In this document: piece after piece, positions 43,603 to 53,762 of the stretch
Position numbering within the stretch: the first letter of the stretch is position 1
How the letters are laid out: each line of letters opens with the position of its first letter
Assembly: GCA_045633565.1 (NCBI GenBank)
Contig: JAZQYO010000026.1
Coordinates: 915-64,914, forward strand
Length of the DNA: 64,000 nt
Direction of reading: 5' to 3'
Source: Clostridia bacterium
GTDB lineage: Bacteria; Bacillota; Clostridia; RUG12999
The notes under the pieces: generated by a model
Told to the model about the DNA's origin: nothing
What the model saw: the letters and a program-made list of their open reading frames with translations, nothing else
Database searches by the model: none
Translations under genes and position numbers: made by a program

Positions 43603-45828
43603 TTAATAATATTTTTTTATTTCTTTAATTAATTCACTCTCATCCACATCATTAGGTACAAAATCTGTCCTAACATGCTCACCTGTAATCAAATAAGTTT
43701 GCCACGCATCTAATGCCGCCATGTAATCTTCATCTAATGTAGATAGGTTTGAATATTTTCCAACATAACAGTTTCCTGCATCCCAGGATTCATGACTTAC
43801 GGGATATGTATATCCATAACCATAATCTCTGATAACCTTTATGTATCCATCTTCGTCTATAATTAATTGATTGTGAACTCTATCGTCAGCTTTTTGCATA
43901 GCATTTTTTAGTTCTTCTTTTGTAAACAGATGCGTTGGTTTCTTTTGCCCTTGTTTAAATTCAATAGTAAACACACGTATTATCGGTTCATCATAGCCGT
44001 TGTCCCTACATAGACTGCCAACTAATTGATTAATATTGTTACTTATTTCAATAGCTGCTTCTCTGTTGGACACCCAATAACACTCATTAGAATTATCTGC
44101 GTTTTGCCTTCTAATAAATCCATCTTTGCACAAATAAAGGTGTTCCTCACACAATATATCAGAAAAATCTATTGTTCTTTCTAGAGCAAAAACAAATAAA
44201 AACTTACAACTATCACCAACATTATCTTCAACCAATAAATCTTTAAAACACCATTCTTCATAATTGTTTTCTATGAAGTCATCAGGGTAATTGTTTTTAT
44301 CGTTCGCTTTTTCTTCTTCAAAAACAAAAGGATTTTTGTCAAAAATGCGTGAGCGCAACACTTTTTCTTCGGAAAAACCTTTTGATACTGCGACTTGAGT
44401 TATATCAATTAGGCGTTCAATATATTTTCTAAATTCGTCACTAGTACATTGTCCATGCCTTCCATCATATGTTCCATTGATATGGTTGTACGGACCACCT
44501 TTTAGAACAAAAAGAAATTTGCCCCTCAAATACCTACAGAGAGTTTTAAATCCTTCGGGGAGCGGTGTTCCTTCATCATAATCATAAACACCATACTGAC
44601 TATATTGAGCAGATACATAATTTCCCGGATAATCTTCTACAAGTGTTTCTCTATCATATACATCAGCAAAAATCGGTTCTAATTCTTCGAGTTCAAGCAA
44701 AAAATAATTCCATGTATACTTTTCTGCAAAGGACTCATAAATAAGACATTTTGGTTTGCATAAATAACAGATTCCCAATGTATCATATACATAAATACAT
44801 CCGTCTTCGTTAGCTTTTTCGGCTTTCTTAAAATCCAATCCGCCTTTAGTTGATAATAGCATATGATTATATGCGGGAGAAGTACCTACTATATTCAAAA
44901 CCTCAATAATTTTGTCAAGATTTCGCCATACTGCACTTTCTTGCCCAAACGGAAATAAATATTTATTTAAAAATTCCCAATCGCTTTTTTGTGAAAGGTC
45001 ATCGTCATCTAATATAGATATATAATTTTCTAAAGCACTTTTAAACTGCTGTATGGTTGGTCTTTCTTCAGGGCTATTATTTGTGGATTTTTGTAATAAA
45101 TCTTCTAGTTCTACCAAGTGTATCATTTGAAATTTATCAATAAATCTTAAGCCATGTTGTTTATCGTTAAAATTATAAACTCCTTCAAATCCTTTTTCTT
45201 CGCCTGATAATATAATCCATAGCGTCTTAGCCAAAGAATACACATCTGCTTTTTTACCATCTGAATGTTTGGGATCTCTCTTCATCTCCGGTGCCATAGT
45301 GAAAATTGCACCTAAAGCTTTGTCAGAGCGAGTAAGGGCATTATTACTTTCAGGGAATTCAACTAACCCGAAATCCCCGAAGCAAAAACAATTATCATAA
45401 TAGTATAAGTTAGCAGGTTTTATATCTCTGTGAGCTATATTTTTTTGATGAAGTTCCGAAAGAGTTTGGGATAGTTGAATAAAAGCCGATACAACCGTTG
45501 CTATAAACTCTTTTGTATCACTATCATCTTTATGTAAAACATCAGTAATAGGTTGTGCGATGGGCATTACATATTGATATTTTCTATAGGAATAATCCAA
45601 AATAGGCAACACGCCACTAATATCTTTACATTGAAGCATTATCTTTATTTCATCAATAAAGCGAAGCTTGGGCTCTCTTTTCTTCTTGGTCAAAACTTTC
45701 AAAGCATATATATTGTTATTATTTTGATTTCTAACCTTATATACTTTAGCATTTCCACCTCCACCTAATGGCACATTTTCAATTAAGCTGTATTTTTTAT
45801 TCCATACTTTTATATATTCATCATTCAT
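43603..45828 (-). CDS. Ser/Thr protein kinase with long C-terminal domain of unknown function, 741 aa
   Basis: Glycine loop LGGGGNAKVYKV, VAIK-like YALKVL, catalytic loop HRDIKPANL, DFG, APE (MAPE). Confidence 0.8.
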   Translation of the reverse strand: MNDEYIKVWNKKYSLIENVPLGGGGNAKVYKVRNQNNNNIYALKVLTKKKREPKLRFIDEIKIMLQCKDISGVLPILDYSYRKYQYVMPIAQPITDVLHKDDSDTKEFIATVVSAFIQLSQTLSELHQKNIAHRDIKPANLYYYDNCFCFGDFGLVEFPESNNALTRSDKALGAIFTMAPEMKRDPKHSDGKKADVYSLAKTLWIILSGEEKGFEGVYNFNDKQHGLRFIDKFQMIHLVELEDLLQKSTNNSPEERPTIQQFKSALENYISILDDDDLSQKSDWEFLNKYLFPFGQESAVWRNLDKIIEVLNIVGTSPAYNHMLLSTKGGLDFKKAEKANEDGCIYVYDTLGICYLCKPKCLIYESFAEKYTWNYFLLELEELEPIFADVYDRETLVEDYPGNYVSAQYSQYGVYDYDEGTPLPEGFKTLCRYLRGKFLFVLKGGPYNHINGTYDGRHGQCTSDEFRKYIERLIDITQVAVSKGFSEEKVLRSRIFDKNPFVFEEEKANDKNNYPDDFIENNYEEWCFKDLLVEDNVGDSCKFLFVFALERTIDFSDILCEEHLYLCKDGFIRRQNADNSNECYWVSNREAAIEISNNINQLVGSLCRDNGYDEPIIRVFTIEFKQGQKKPTHLFTKEELKNAMQKADDRVHNQLIIDEDGYIKVIRDYGYGYTYPVSHESWDAGNCYVGKYSNLSTLDEDYMAALDAWQTYLITGEHVRTDFVPNDVDESELIKEIKKYY

Positions 45829-46682
45829 TTTAATTTATCTCCTATATATTTTCTCATTTTCTTTATTGCTTTTTTATATACATTTTCTATAGCATCAGGT
45901 GTAAGACATAGCTTTATTGCCATTTCCGAAAGCTTTACCTTTTTAGGCTTCAGCTTAAAGCAATCGGGACAAAATGCCAAGTATTCTGAAACGACCAATC
46001 TTTCTCTGTAATCAAGCCTTTCAAATGCTTCTTTTACATAATTAAGGCGTTCTGTTGCTAATAACACCCGAAGCGGCTCGAAATCGGTATCGCTCGTTAT
46101 ATCCGCAAGTGTTTCTTCGGATTCTTCGTCGGCATAGCTTACATAGAAATCCGCAATATTCATATTCGCAATGCCGCTTAAAAGAATTTCCTTTACATTC
46201 TTTACCGACAAATTAACCTCTTTGGATATTTTTCGGATAGCTTCGGTTGAATAGCCATATTCTCCATACAATCTCATAATCTGACGGAGAGTGCGATATT
46301 TATTTTTACTTGGAACTGTCAATCCGGTACGCATCTGCCTTATGTATTCGTGGATTTCATTCCACTCAATACGCACCTTATAGGTTATAAAGCTACCGTG
46401 TGCATCTTTATCATAACTTTGTAATGCTTTAAAAATTCCCGTTACACACGCCTGCTTTATATCTGCAAAATGACCTTTCATTGAATATCTCTCAATAGCT
46501 TCTTTTGTGGTATCGTTCAGTACGGGTTCGTAGTAGTGGAGAAACCACATTAAGTATTTGTCATCCTGCTCGGCAATATATAAATCAATATATTCCTGCA
46601 AACCATCTTTTTTAGGTGGCACCGGATATATCTGATAAATGTATAAATCCTGTTCCCAATTTTTCACGGCACTCACCTCCAT
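45825..46682 (-). CDS. Sigma-70-family RNA polymerase sigma factor, 285 aa
   Basis: Region-2-like FADIKQACVTGIFKALQSYDKDAHGSFITYKVRIEWNEIHEYIR and region-4 HTH LDYRERLVVSEYL...SEMAIKLCLTPDAIENVYKKAIKKMR. Confidence 0.7.
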   Translation of the reverse strand: MEVSAVKNWEQDLYIYQIYPVPPKKDGLQEYIDLYIAEQDDKYLMWFLHYYEPVLNDTTKEAIERYSMKGHFADIKQACVTGIFKALQSYDKDAHGSFITYKVRIEWNEIHEYIRQMRTGLTVPSKNKYRTLRQIMRLYGEYGYSTEAIRKISKEVNLSVKNVKEILLSGIANMNIADFYVSYADEESEETLADITSDTDFEPLRVLLATERLNYVKEAFERLDYRERLVVSEYLAFCPDCFKLKPKKVKLSEMAIKLCLTPDAIENVYKKAIKKMRKYIGDKLK

Positions 46683-46690
46683 TCGCCGTG

Positions 46691-47836
46691 TTACTCTTTT
46701 TTGATTCTGTTATTTACTTTTTGATATAAATTATCTCTTTCCATATCTCTTTGATACTCCTCAAAAGTATATTTTTTCTTATAATCGTATCGGGTTTTAA
46801 GTTCTTTTGCTAATTCTTTTGCTGCCTCTGCAAAATCTTCGCTTATTTTTCCTCTTGAAGCTTCGGTGCGGATGCAGGCACAACGCTTGGTATAAATATC
46901 CTTTATCGGATCATTTCCTGCAAGCTCTTTTCTTCCTACCATAGCCGCATACTGTCTGCAAGTGAGTTCTTTTCCGTCTGTTATATCAAGCGGAGCAAAT
47001 CCCGTACAGTATTTTTGCTTACGCATGCTTTCCATAAGGAAATATGTTTCGCACACTTCACATTGACGGGGATAATGTCCAAATGAAAGACCTTCAAAAA
47101 AGTCTGTAAGTATAAAGCTGTAAAAAGTTCTGAAATGAAGCCTTTTTACAATAATTTTCTTTTTGCCTTTTGTTATAGTTGCATATTCCGCTGCAATACC
47201 ATACCTTTCAACGCCGAATGTTTCATATGCGTGGGTTATAAGTTTGTTCTCGTTGTAATGCTCGGATAAATCCTCTAATCCCCATACAAACTCGGTTAGT
47301 TTTTCAAAAGCCTTTATCATATCGTTTCCGATATTTTCATAAAACTGCAAAAGTGCTTTTACACGGGAAAGTAGTTTGTTTGCTTCTTTGGAGAACTCTG
47401 CATATCCTTTGGGAAGTATGTCAAGGGACATTGCACCCTTATCTTTTAAAGAAACCTTCGCTCTCTGCTGATAGTAATTTAAAATATAATCCGCATTTTC
47501 TTTTGTAAAAGTTTCTGCTATCAGTTTTTTCTCAGCTTCAATATCTAAATACTGAAACGGACTAATACACGGAAGAATATCTAGGATATTTAATATTTCT
47601 TTTCCGGCTCTTACAAAATCGTAATCGTTTATATACCCTTTTTCCATTTGGGAGGATAGCATCCAATTATCATAACGCATTGATGCTATTCTTGCTCCGT
47701 TGTCATTTTCTTCATATTGATTAAGAAAATCTACCGCAAAACTGCCTATAAGAAACTTGTTACTTTTGATATATACGAACTTATCTCTGTAATCGGCAGT
47801 AAAAAATTTAATTTTATCAGGCATCTTTATCACCAC
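46691..47836 (-). CDS. Hypothetical protein with C-terminal multi-Cys zinc-ribbon region, 381 aa
   Basis: QCEVCETYF...YCTGF...LTCRQY...KRCACIR cysteine pairs; first gene of a three-gene minus-strand operon with the sigma factor and kinase. Confidence 0.5.
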   Translation of the reverse strand: MVIKMPDKIKFFTADYRDKFVYIKSNKFLIGSFAVDFLNQYEENDNGARIASMRYDNWMLSSQMEKGYINDYDFVRAGKEILNILDILPCISPFQYLDIEAEKKLIAETFTKENADYILNYYQQRAKVSLKDKGAMSLDILPKGYAEFSKEANKLLSRVKALLQFYENIGNDMIKAFEKLTEFVWGLEDLSEHYNENKLITHAYETFGVERYGIAAEYATITKGKKKIIVKRLHFRTFYSFILTDFFEGLSFGHYPRQCEVCETYFLMESMRKQKYCTGFAPLDITDGKELTCRQYAAMVGRKELAGNDPIKDIYTKRCACIRTEASRGKISEDFAEAAKELAKELKTRYDYKKKYTFEEYQRDMERDNLYQKVNNRIKKE

Positions 47837-48090
47837 CCAAGAAAATTATAACATATTTTGTTACGAAATACAAGATGTATAGATTTAATTGCATTGAAAA
47901 CCGCACAAATACAAGGGTTTTGATGTGTTGCGTTTTTTATTTTTAATGTGTTATGCAATACTTTGCCTATTTGAAAATCCTCACATTCTATATAGTAGAA
48001 AGGGCAAAACAAGCCATTTCTTAATACGCACGCTTCGCCGTCTGATTTTTCAGGCGGCTTTTTTCGTGCAACGAAAGTGAGGTGAAACTG

Positions 48091-48930
48091 ATGAACAGAA
48101 TGTTCAAAATCAACGAGGCGGAACGCTTCAAATTTGTCCGTGTGCCAAAGGTATTATTTGAAGCTCGGTACAAAAATTTATCTACCGATGCAAAAATTCT
48201 TTACAGCTTATTGTTTGAGCGTATGGAATTGTCAAGAAAAAACGGATGGCACGATGATGATGGAAGTGTTTACATCTATTTTACATTGGAGGAGGTGTGC
48301 GAGGTTTTAGGATGTGGACACGACAAGGCAACAAAGCTGTTTTGTGAGCTTGAAAGCTATGCACTTTTACGCCGTAAAAAACAAGGCTTCGGTAAGCCTG
48401 CAAAGCTCTATGTACTTAAATTTTATGAAGAGTGCGAAAATACCGCAGTCTTGAATGCGGATTTGCCGCAGTTTGATGTGCTGAATAACGGAAGAACAGA
48501 GTACGGTTTTTCCGCAGGTAATAATACTGATATAAATAATAATTATATTAGTAATACCAATCTATCTATCAGCAGATACGATGTCGATGCGACAGAACAA
48601 AGAATAAAAGAGCAACTTGAATATGACATCTTAATAACAAAAGTTGGCAAAGAAACGGCAGAGGAAATTGTTCTGCTTATTACCGATGTTATATGCGGCA
48701 CAAGCGAAACCGTGCGAATAGGCAAAAGTGAATTTCCAAGAGAGGTAGTTCGCTCACGGCTTTTCAAATTAAACTGTGAGCATATCGAATATGTTGTTGA
48801 TTGTATGAAAGAGAATACAACAAATGTCAGAAATATTCGCTCATATCTGCTTACCGCCTTGTATAACGCACCGGCAACCATAGACAACCACTATCGGGCA
48901 AAGGTTAATCACGACCTTTACGGAAAGTAA
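48091..48930 (+). CDS. Replication initiator RepA N-terminal-domain protein (Firmicutes plasmid/ICE type)
   Basis: VPKVLFEARYKNLSTDAKILYSLLFERMELSRKNGWHDDDGSVYIYFTLEEVCEVLGCGHDKATKLFCELESYALLRRKKQG matches the RepA_N family pattern. ATG 48091 with GAGGTGA RBS; the track start 48082 is an upstream GTG. Confidence 0.75.
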   Translation: MNRMFKINEAERFKFVRVPKVLFEARYKNLSTDAKILYSLLFERMELSRKNGWHDDDGSVYIYFTLEEVCEVLGCGHDKATKLFCELESYALLRRKKQGFGKPAKLYVLKFYEECENTAVLNADLPQFDVLNNGRTEYGFSAGNNTDINNNYISNTNLSISRYDVDATEQRIKEQLEYDILITKVGKETAEEIVLLITDVICGTSETVRIGKSEFPREVVRSRLFKLNCEHIEYVVDCMKENTTNVRNIRSYLLTALYNAPATIDNHYRAKVNHDLYGK

Positions 48931-48955
48931 ACTAAAAATACGGAGGATTTTTATT

Positions 48956-49255
48956 ATGAGAATTTTATCAAGAAATCAGTTTGCAATGTCAAACTTCAAC
49001 AGAGACGGTTATGAGTTCAATGAGATTGAAGGGACCTTCAAAGGAACTATGAGATTTGCAGTATGGGGCAGAAAATGCAACGCCATTGCTTATGTTGAAT
49101 TGGATGATGGTAGAAAAATTATGTGTACTGCTTTTCAGCAACCCGATGACTATTTAGGAATACCCGAAATAGACTTCGGAACAAGAGTGGAAGTTGTCTA
49201 TGAAAGGGGCAAACGAGGCAACATTCGCCTTAAATCAATACAAAGGGCAGAATAA
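48956..49255 (+). CDS. Hypothetical protein, 99 aa
   Basis: RBS ACGGAGGA; typical small ICE accessory ORF. Confidence 0.45.
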   Translation: MRILSRNQFAMSNFNRDGYEFNEIEGTFKGTMRFAVWGRKCNAIAYVELDDGRKIMCTAFQQPDDYLGIPEIDFGTRVEVVYERGKRGNIRLKSIQRAE

Positions 49256-49397
49256 CTGTCCGGTACTGTAACGAGCAGGGAACTTGTATTGCACAAATTC
49301 CATAAAAGGCGGGACTTCCTTTCGGAAATCCTGCCTTTTGTCTTTGGGGAGTTCCCCAATCCCCCGAAAATTACATTTTAAATAGGAGTTGATTTTA

Positions 49398-49676
49398 ATG
49401 AAAGAAAGAGCAAATTCAATTTATGTGCGTGTTACCGAAAAAGAGAAAATACGCATAAAAAACAAAGCCGACAAATGCGGCTTGACACTTTCGGAATATT
49501 TAAGAAAACGAGCTTTAGGCTATTCTCCAAAAGCTCTCTTGCCCGAAAGCTTTTATGAGTTTTCAGGTAAGCTCAGCGATTTATATGAACAGATTGATAA
49601 GGGTTACAGTGCTGAACTTGAAGAAAGAATTTTATCTCTGATTGATGAAATTCAATTAAAGCTACTCGCACCATAA
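49398..49676 (+). CDS. mobC: MobC-like relaxosome accessory protein (ribbon-helix-helix)
   Basis: RANSIYVRVTEKEKIRIKNKADKCGLTLSEYLRKRALG matches the MobC family pattern; directly upstream of the relaxase. Confidence 0.7.
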   Translation: MKERANSIYVRVTEKEKIRIKNKADKCGLTLSEYLRKRALGYSPKALLPESFYEFSGKLSDLYEQIDKGYSAELEERILSLIDEIQLKLLAP

Positions 49677-49696
49677 AGAAAGGAGATTGATGAATA

Positions 49697-51070
49697 ATGG
49701 CAACTACGGGATTTTGGCCTATTAAAGGCTCATTAAGGGACGTTATAAAATATGCAGACAATCCCGACAAGACCACTAATCCAAAGTATCTTGATGATGA
49801 CTTGGCTTCCGTACTCAAATACGCAGAAAATGATGATAAAACGGATATGAAAATGTTTGTAAGCGGTATCAACTGCTTGGCGGTACGAGCTTACGAGCAA
49901 ATGATGATAACAAAACGCTTTTACGGAAAAACGGTCGGAAATGTGGCATATCACGGCTATCAAAGTTTTAAGTCAGGGGGAGTCACACCTAAAGAAGCTC
50001 ACGACATAGGACTTGAAACTGCACGGCGTATGTGGGGTAAGGATTATGAGATTGTTGTTACAACACATCTAAACACCGACAACATACATAACCACATTGT
50101 CATAAATTCTGTATCTTTCAAAACTGGAATTAAATTTGAAAACCATATTTCAGACCATAGACGGTTAAGAGAAATATCCGATGAGATATGTAAGGAATAC
50201 GGGAAGTCGGTTCTTGAAAATGCTGACTTTTACAACGGTGACAGAAATGCATATTGGGTACATAAGCACGGTGGTAAAACCCGTAGAGATATTCTCCGTG
50301 AGGATGTTGACGATGCAATAAATAATTCTGCAAGCTATGTGGAGTTTGTCGCTCTTATGAAGCATAAAGGATATGTCTTTTCAAGGTCTGAGGCAACAGA
50401 CCATCCATCTGTTAAAGCTCCTACTTGGGAAAAAGCAATCCGTTTTGACCGATTGGGTAACGAGTATAAAAAGGACAGGATTTTAGAAAGAATCAGGCAA
50501 ACGGGCAATCGGGCTCATTTTAATCAGTTCAGCGAACCATATAAGAAAACAAGAGCTAAATATCGTCAAACACCACTTAAAGAACTTGAGTATCAACTGC
50601 GGCGTGTAAAATATATGGATACACTTGAAGCTCTGTTTTATTTGTTTATGGAACTATTAAAGCCAAGCACCCCTACACCGAAATACACGCCGCCGTTATC
50701 TCCGGAGCTCCGGCAGGAATTAAGAAAACTCGAACAATATCAAAAGCAATTCAGGCTCTTGCACGATGAAAATATTCATACCGTGCCGGAGCTTGAAGCA
50801 TTTATAGGAAAATTATCAATGCAGATATCCGAGCTTGAGGAAGAACGTTCAAAGACGGATAACAAACGAAGACGAGCTAAAACCGTTGAGGATAAAGATA
50901 TGTATTTGTCCGAAATCAGAGGTATATCCGCACAGATAAAGCCTATAAGAGATAAGCTCAAAACCGCAAAAGCCACTTTGGAAACTGTACCGAAAGTGCA
51001 ACGCCTACTTGATGTTGAACGGGAAATGGAAAGAAAAATTGAAAAGAGAAATAAGGAGAAATCACTATGA
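49697..51070 (+). CDS. Relaxase/mobilization nuclease (MobA/MobL family)
   Basis: N-terminal relaxase domain with the HxH motif (HLNTDNIHNHIVINSV) and C-terminal coiled-coil; 457 aa. Confidence 0.85.
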   Translation: MATTGFWPIKGSLRDVIKYADNPDKTTNPKYLDDDLASVLKYAENDDKTDMKMFVSGINCLAVRAYEQMMITKRFYGKTVGNVAYHGYQSFKSGGVTPKEAHDIGLETARRMWGKDYEIVVTTHLNTDNIHNHIVINSVSFKTGIKFENHISDHRRLREISDEICKEYGKSVLENADFYNGDRNAYWVHKHGGKTRRDILREDVDDAINNSASYVEFVALMKHKGYVFSRSEATDHPSVKAPTWEKAIRFDRLGNEYKKDRILERIRQTGNRAHFNQFSEPYKKTRAKYRQTPLKELEYQLRRVKYMDTLEALFYLFMELLKPSTPTPKYTPPLSPELRQELRKLEQYQKQFRLLHDENIHTVPELEAFIGKLSMQISELEEERSKTDNKRRRAKTVEDKDMYLSEIRGISAQIKPIRDKLKTAKATLETVPKVQRLLDVEREMERKIEKRNKEKSL

Positions 51071-51921
51071 GAAATGTGCAAAAACTTGATGTAACAAAAT
51101 TAAAGGAATTTGAAAATCATCCCTACAAGGTAAAACACGATGATGAAATGGAAATGCTGATTGAAAGCATAAAGGAACACGGGATTTTATCTCCTATCAT
51201 CGTCAGACCACTTGAAAATGATGAATACGAAATAATCTCAGGGCACAGAAGGTTATTTGCAAGCAAACGGGCAGGACTTACGGAAGTTCCTGCTCTTGTT
51301 GTTGAATTGGATAGAGATAACGCCGCAATAGCACTTGTTGACAGTAATCTGCACAGAGATAACATTTCACTAAGCGAAAAAGCCTTTGCCTACAAATTAA
51401 AGATGGAAGCTATGAGCAGACAAGGACATAGGACAGATTTAACTTCGGGACAACTTGTCCCGAAGTCTGATGACAACAGAACATCTGCTGAAATCGGTGA
51501 GCCATACGGTGAAAGCTATAAAACCGTGCAACGCTACATACGGCTTACTTATCTACATCCTAAACTTTTGGAATATGTGGATGAAGGGCGAATTGCTTTC
51601 ACTCCGGCAGTAGAACTTTCATATCTAAATGACATTGAACAACAAGACCTCATACAAACAATTGAGAGCGAGGATTGCACCCCTTCATTATCTCAGGCGG
51701 TTCGTATGAAAAAGTTAAGTCAGCAAGGCTTGCTTGATGACGATAAAATCTTTGAGATTATGTCGGAGGAAAAAGCAAATCAAAAGGAACGGATTAAAAT
51801 TCCGACTGAGCGTGTAAGGAAATACTTTCCCGAAAGCTATACTAAAGCACAAATCGAAGATGCTATTGTCAAGCTCTGCGAAGCCAATTTCAAACGCAAG
51901 CAAAAGCAGCAGGAACGATAA
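51067..51921 (+). CDS. ParB/Srx-like nuclease-domain protein
   Basis: ILSPIIVRPLENDEYEIISGHRRLFASKRAGLTEVPALVV is the ParB N-terminal box; ATGA overlap with the relaxase stop. Confidence 0.8.
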   Translation: MRNVQKLDVTKLKEFENHPYKVKHDDEMEMLIESIKEHGILSPIIVRPLENDEYEIISGHRRLFASKRAGLTEVPALVVELDRDNAAIALVDSNLHRDNISLSEKAFAYKLKMEAMSRQGHRTDLTSGQLVPKSDDNRTSAEIGEPYGESYKTVQRYIRLTYLHPKLLEYVDEGRIAFTPAVELSYLNDIEQQDLIQTIESEDCTPSLSQAVRMKKLSQQGLLDDDKIFEIMSEEKANQKERIKIPTERVRKYFPESYTKAQIEDAIVKLCEANFKRKQKQQER

Positions 51922-51956
51922 ATTAAATAAAATCTTGATGGAAGGAGAATGAAACA

Positions 51957-52115
51957 GTGAGTAACAAGAGCAATGTAATTCAAATTCCACAGCACGAGAT
52001 TGATGCACTTGCTCGCTGTTTATTGCCTGACCTTATGGCTTTTTACGAAAGCGAAGAAGGGCAAAAAGAATTTGAACAATGGAAAAAGGACCTTGAAAAC
52101 AAGGAAATTGAATAA
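51957..52115 (+). CDS. Small hypothetical protein, 52 aa, GTG start
   Basis: RBS GGAGAA 7 nt upstream; followed by a GC hairpin plus T-run (52121-52155). Confidence 0.3.
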   Translation: MSNKSNVIQIPQHEIDALARCLLPDLMAFYESEEGQKEFEQWKKDLENKEIE

Positions 52116-52120
52116 TTTTA

Positions 52121-52155
52121 CTAACGGGCGTCGCTGATTGCGATGCCCGTTTTGC
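52121..52155 (+). terminator. Terminator (AACGGGCgtcgctgattgcgatGCCCGTTTTG)
   Basis: Seen directly. Confidence 0.5.
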
Positions 52156-52222
52156 ATCACACATTTGTACAATTAAAAAGTTAATGATATAAAAGGTATA
52201 TACCACGAAAGGAAGTGAATTT

Positions 52223-53737
52223 ATGAATGCGGTAATATATGCACGATATTCTTCGGACAATCAGCGTGAAGAATCTATCGAAGGTCAGCTCAGGGAATGT
52301 AAAGAATTTGCCGAAGCGAATGATATGATTATAGTTGATACTTACATAGACAGAGCGTTATCAGCAAAAACTGACAATCGCCCTGAATTTCAGCGAATGA
52401 TAAAAGAAAGTGCAAAGGGAGCTTTCGAATTAGTTATAGTTTGGAAATTAGACCGCTTTGCCCGTAACCGATATGACTCTGCACATTATAAAGCGGTATT
52501 GCAGAAAAACGGCGTTAAAGTTGTTTCTGCAACAGAGAAAATCTCACAAACTCCCGAAGGCATTTTGCTTGAATCTTTGCTTGAAGGTATGGCAGAATAC
52601 TACTCAGCAGAATTGGCAGAAAAGGTTACACGAGGACTTACCGAAAATGCCTTAAAATGCAAATACAACGGCGGAACCTTGCCAATCGGGTATGCGATTG
52701 ACGAAAATCAATTCTTTGTTATAGATCCTCTTACCGCACCTGCAGTATTGGATGCTTTCAAGCATTATGCAGAAGGTGCAACAATGCAGCAAATTACCGA
52801 TGAATTAAATTTAAGAGGTGTTCGTACTAAAAAGAACACTCGGATTACATTAAATACAGTAACCCGAATGTTACACAACAGAAGATATATTGGCGAATAC
52901 AAATACAGCGATATAACTACTCCAAACGGAATACCTCCGATAGTTCCGGTAGATTTATTTGAAAGGGTACAAGATATGATGAAAGCAAACAAAAAGGCTC
53001 CGGCAAAGCATAAAGCAGAAGATGAATATTTACTTACCACAAAACTTTTTTGCGGTAAATGCAAATGTCTTATGGCAGGCGAAAGCGGTACAAGCCATAC
53101 AAAGCACGTTCATCGCTATTATAAGTGTGTCAGCGTAAAATATCACAGAGGATGCGACAAAAAGACGGTTCGCAAGGAATGGATTGAAGATATTGTAATC
53201 TCTTATTTAATGAAGATAATCTTTGATGATGACCTAATGGACAAATTGGCAGATGCACTTCTTATACATCTGCATAAAGAAAATGACACTCTGCCGATTC
53301 TTCAAAAGCAGTTTGCAGAAACTCAAAAAAGTATTGATAATATGCTTAACGCAATTCAGCAGGGTATTTTTACAACCTCAACCAAAGAACGACTTGAAGC
53401 TCTTGAAAGAGAGAAAAGCGAATTATCCGTACAGATAATGAAAGAAGAATTGAGCAGACCTAATCTTACAAAAGAGCAAATACTCTTTTGGATACACAAA
53501 TTCAGAAAACTCAATCCGAAAAAATTGGAGCATCGCAGAAGACTTATAAATAGTTTTCTCAATTCTGTTTACTTATTCGATGACAAAATTATAATTGATT
53601 GTAACTACAAAGACGGCACAGAAACTATTACTTTCGAGGAAATAGAAAATTCTGCCTTGGGTTCGGATTTAACATCACTCGCTGCACCATATCGAAGCAA
53701 AGTCAGCTTTGCTTCGATTTTTTATGGGAAAACATAG
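52223..53737 (+). CDS. Large serine recombinase (resolvase/invertase catalytic domain plus recombinase and zinc-ribbon domains), 504 aa
   Basis: N-terminus AVIYARYSSDNQREESIEGQLREC...DRFARN with catalytic Ser; C-terminal Cys-rich and coiled-coil domains, as in TnpX/TndX/SpoIVCA-type recombinases. Confidence 0.9.
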   Translation: MNAVIYARYSSDNQREESIEGQLRECKEFAEANDMIIVDTYIDRALSAKTDNRPEFQRMIKESAKGAFELVIVWKLDRFARNRYDSAHYKAVLQKNGVKVVSATEKISQTPEGILLESLLEGMAEYYSAELAEKVTRGLTENALKCKYNGGTLPIGYAIDENQFFVIDPLTAPAVLDAFKHYAEGATMQQITDELNLRGVRTKKNTRITLNTVTRMLHNRRYIGEYKYSDITTPNGIPPIVPVDLFERVQDMMKANKKAPAKHKAEDEYLLTTKLFCGKCKCLMAGESGTSHTKHVHRYYKCVSVKYHRGCDKKTVRKEWIEDIVISYLMKIIFDDDLMDKLADALLIHLHKENDTLPILQKQFAETQKSIDNMLNAIQQGIFTTSTKERLEALEREKSELSVQIMKEELSRPNLTKEQILFWIHKFRKLNPKKLEHRRRLINSFLNSVYLFDDKIIIDCNYKDGTETITFEEIENSALGSDLTSLAAPYRSKVSFASIFYGKT

Positions 53738-53762
53738 ATTTTATGGAAGAGGATTTCAAATA

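Larger units (their letters stand above)
42558..53737. mobile_element. Integrative mobilizable element (about 11 kb): tyrosine recombinase, kinase/sigma-70/zinc-ribbon cargo trio, RepA_N, MobC, relaxase, ParB-like, small ORF, large serine recombinase
   Basis: Gene content seen directly. Exact att sites were not identified. Part of the larger AT-rich island beginning at tRNA-Leu. Confidence 0.6.
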
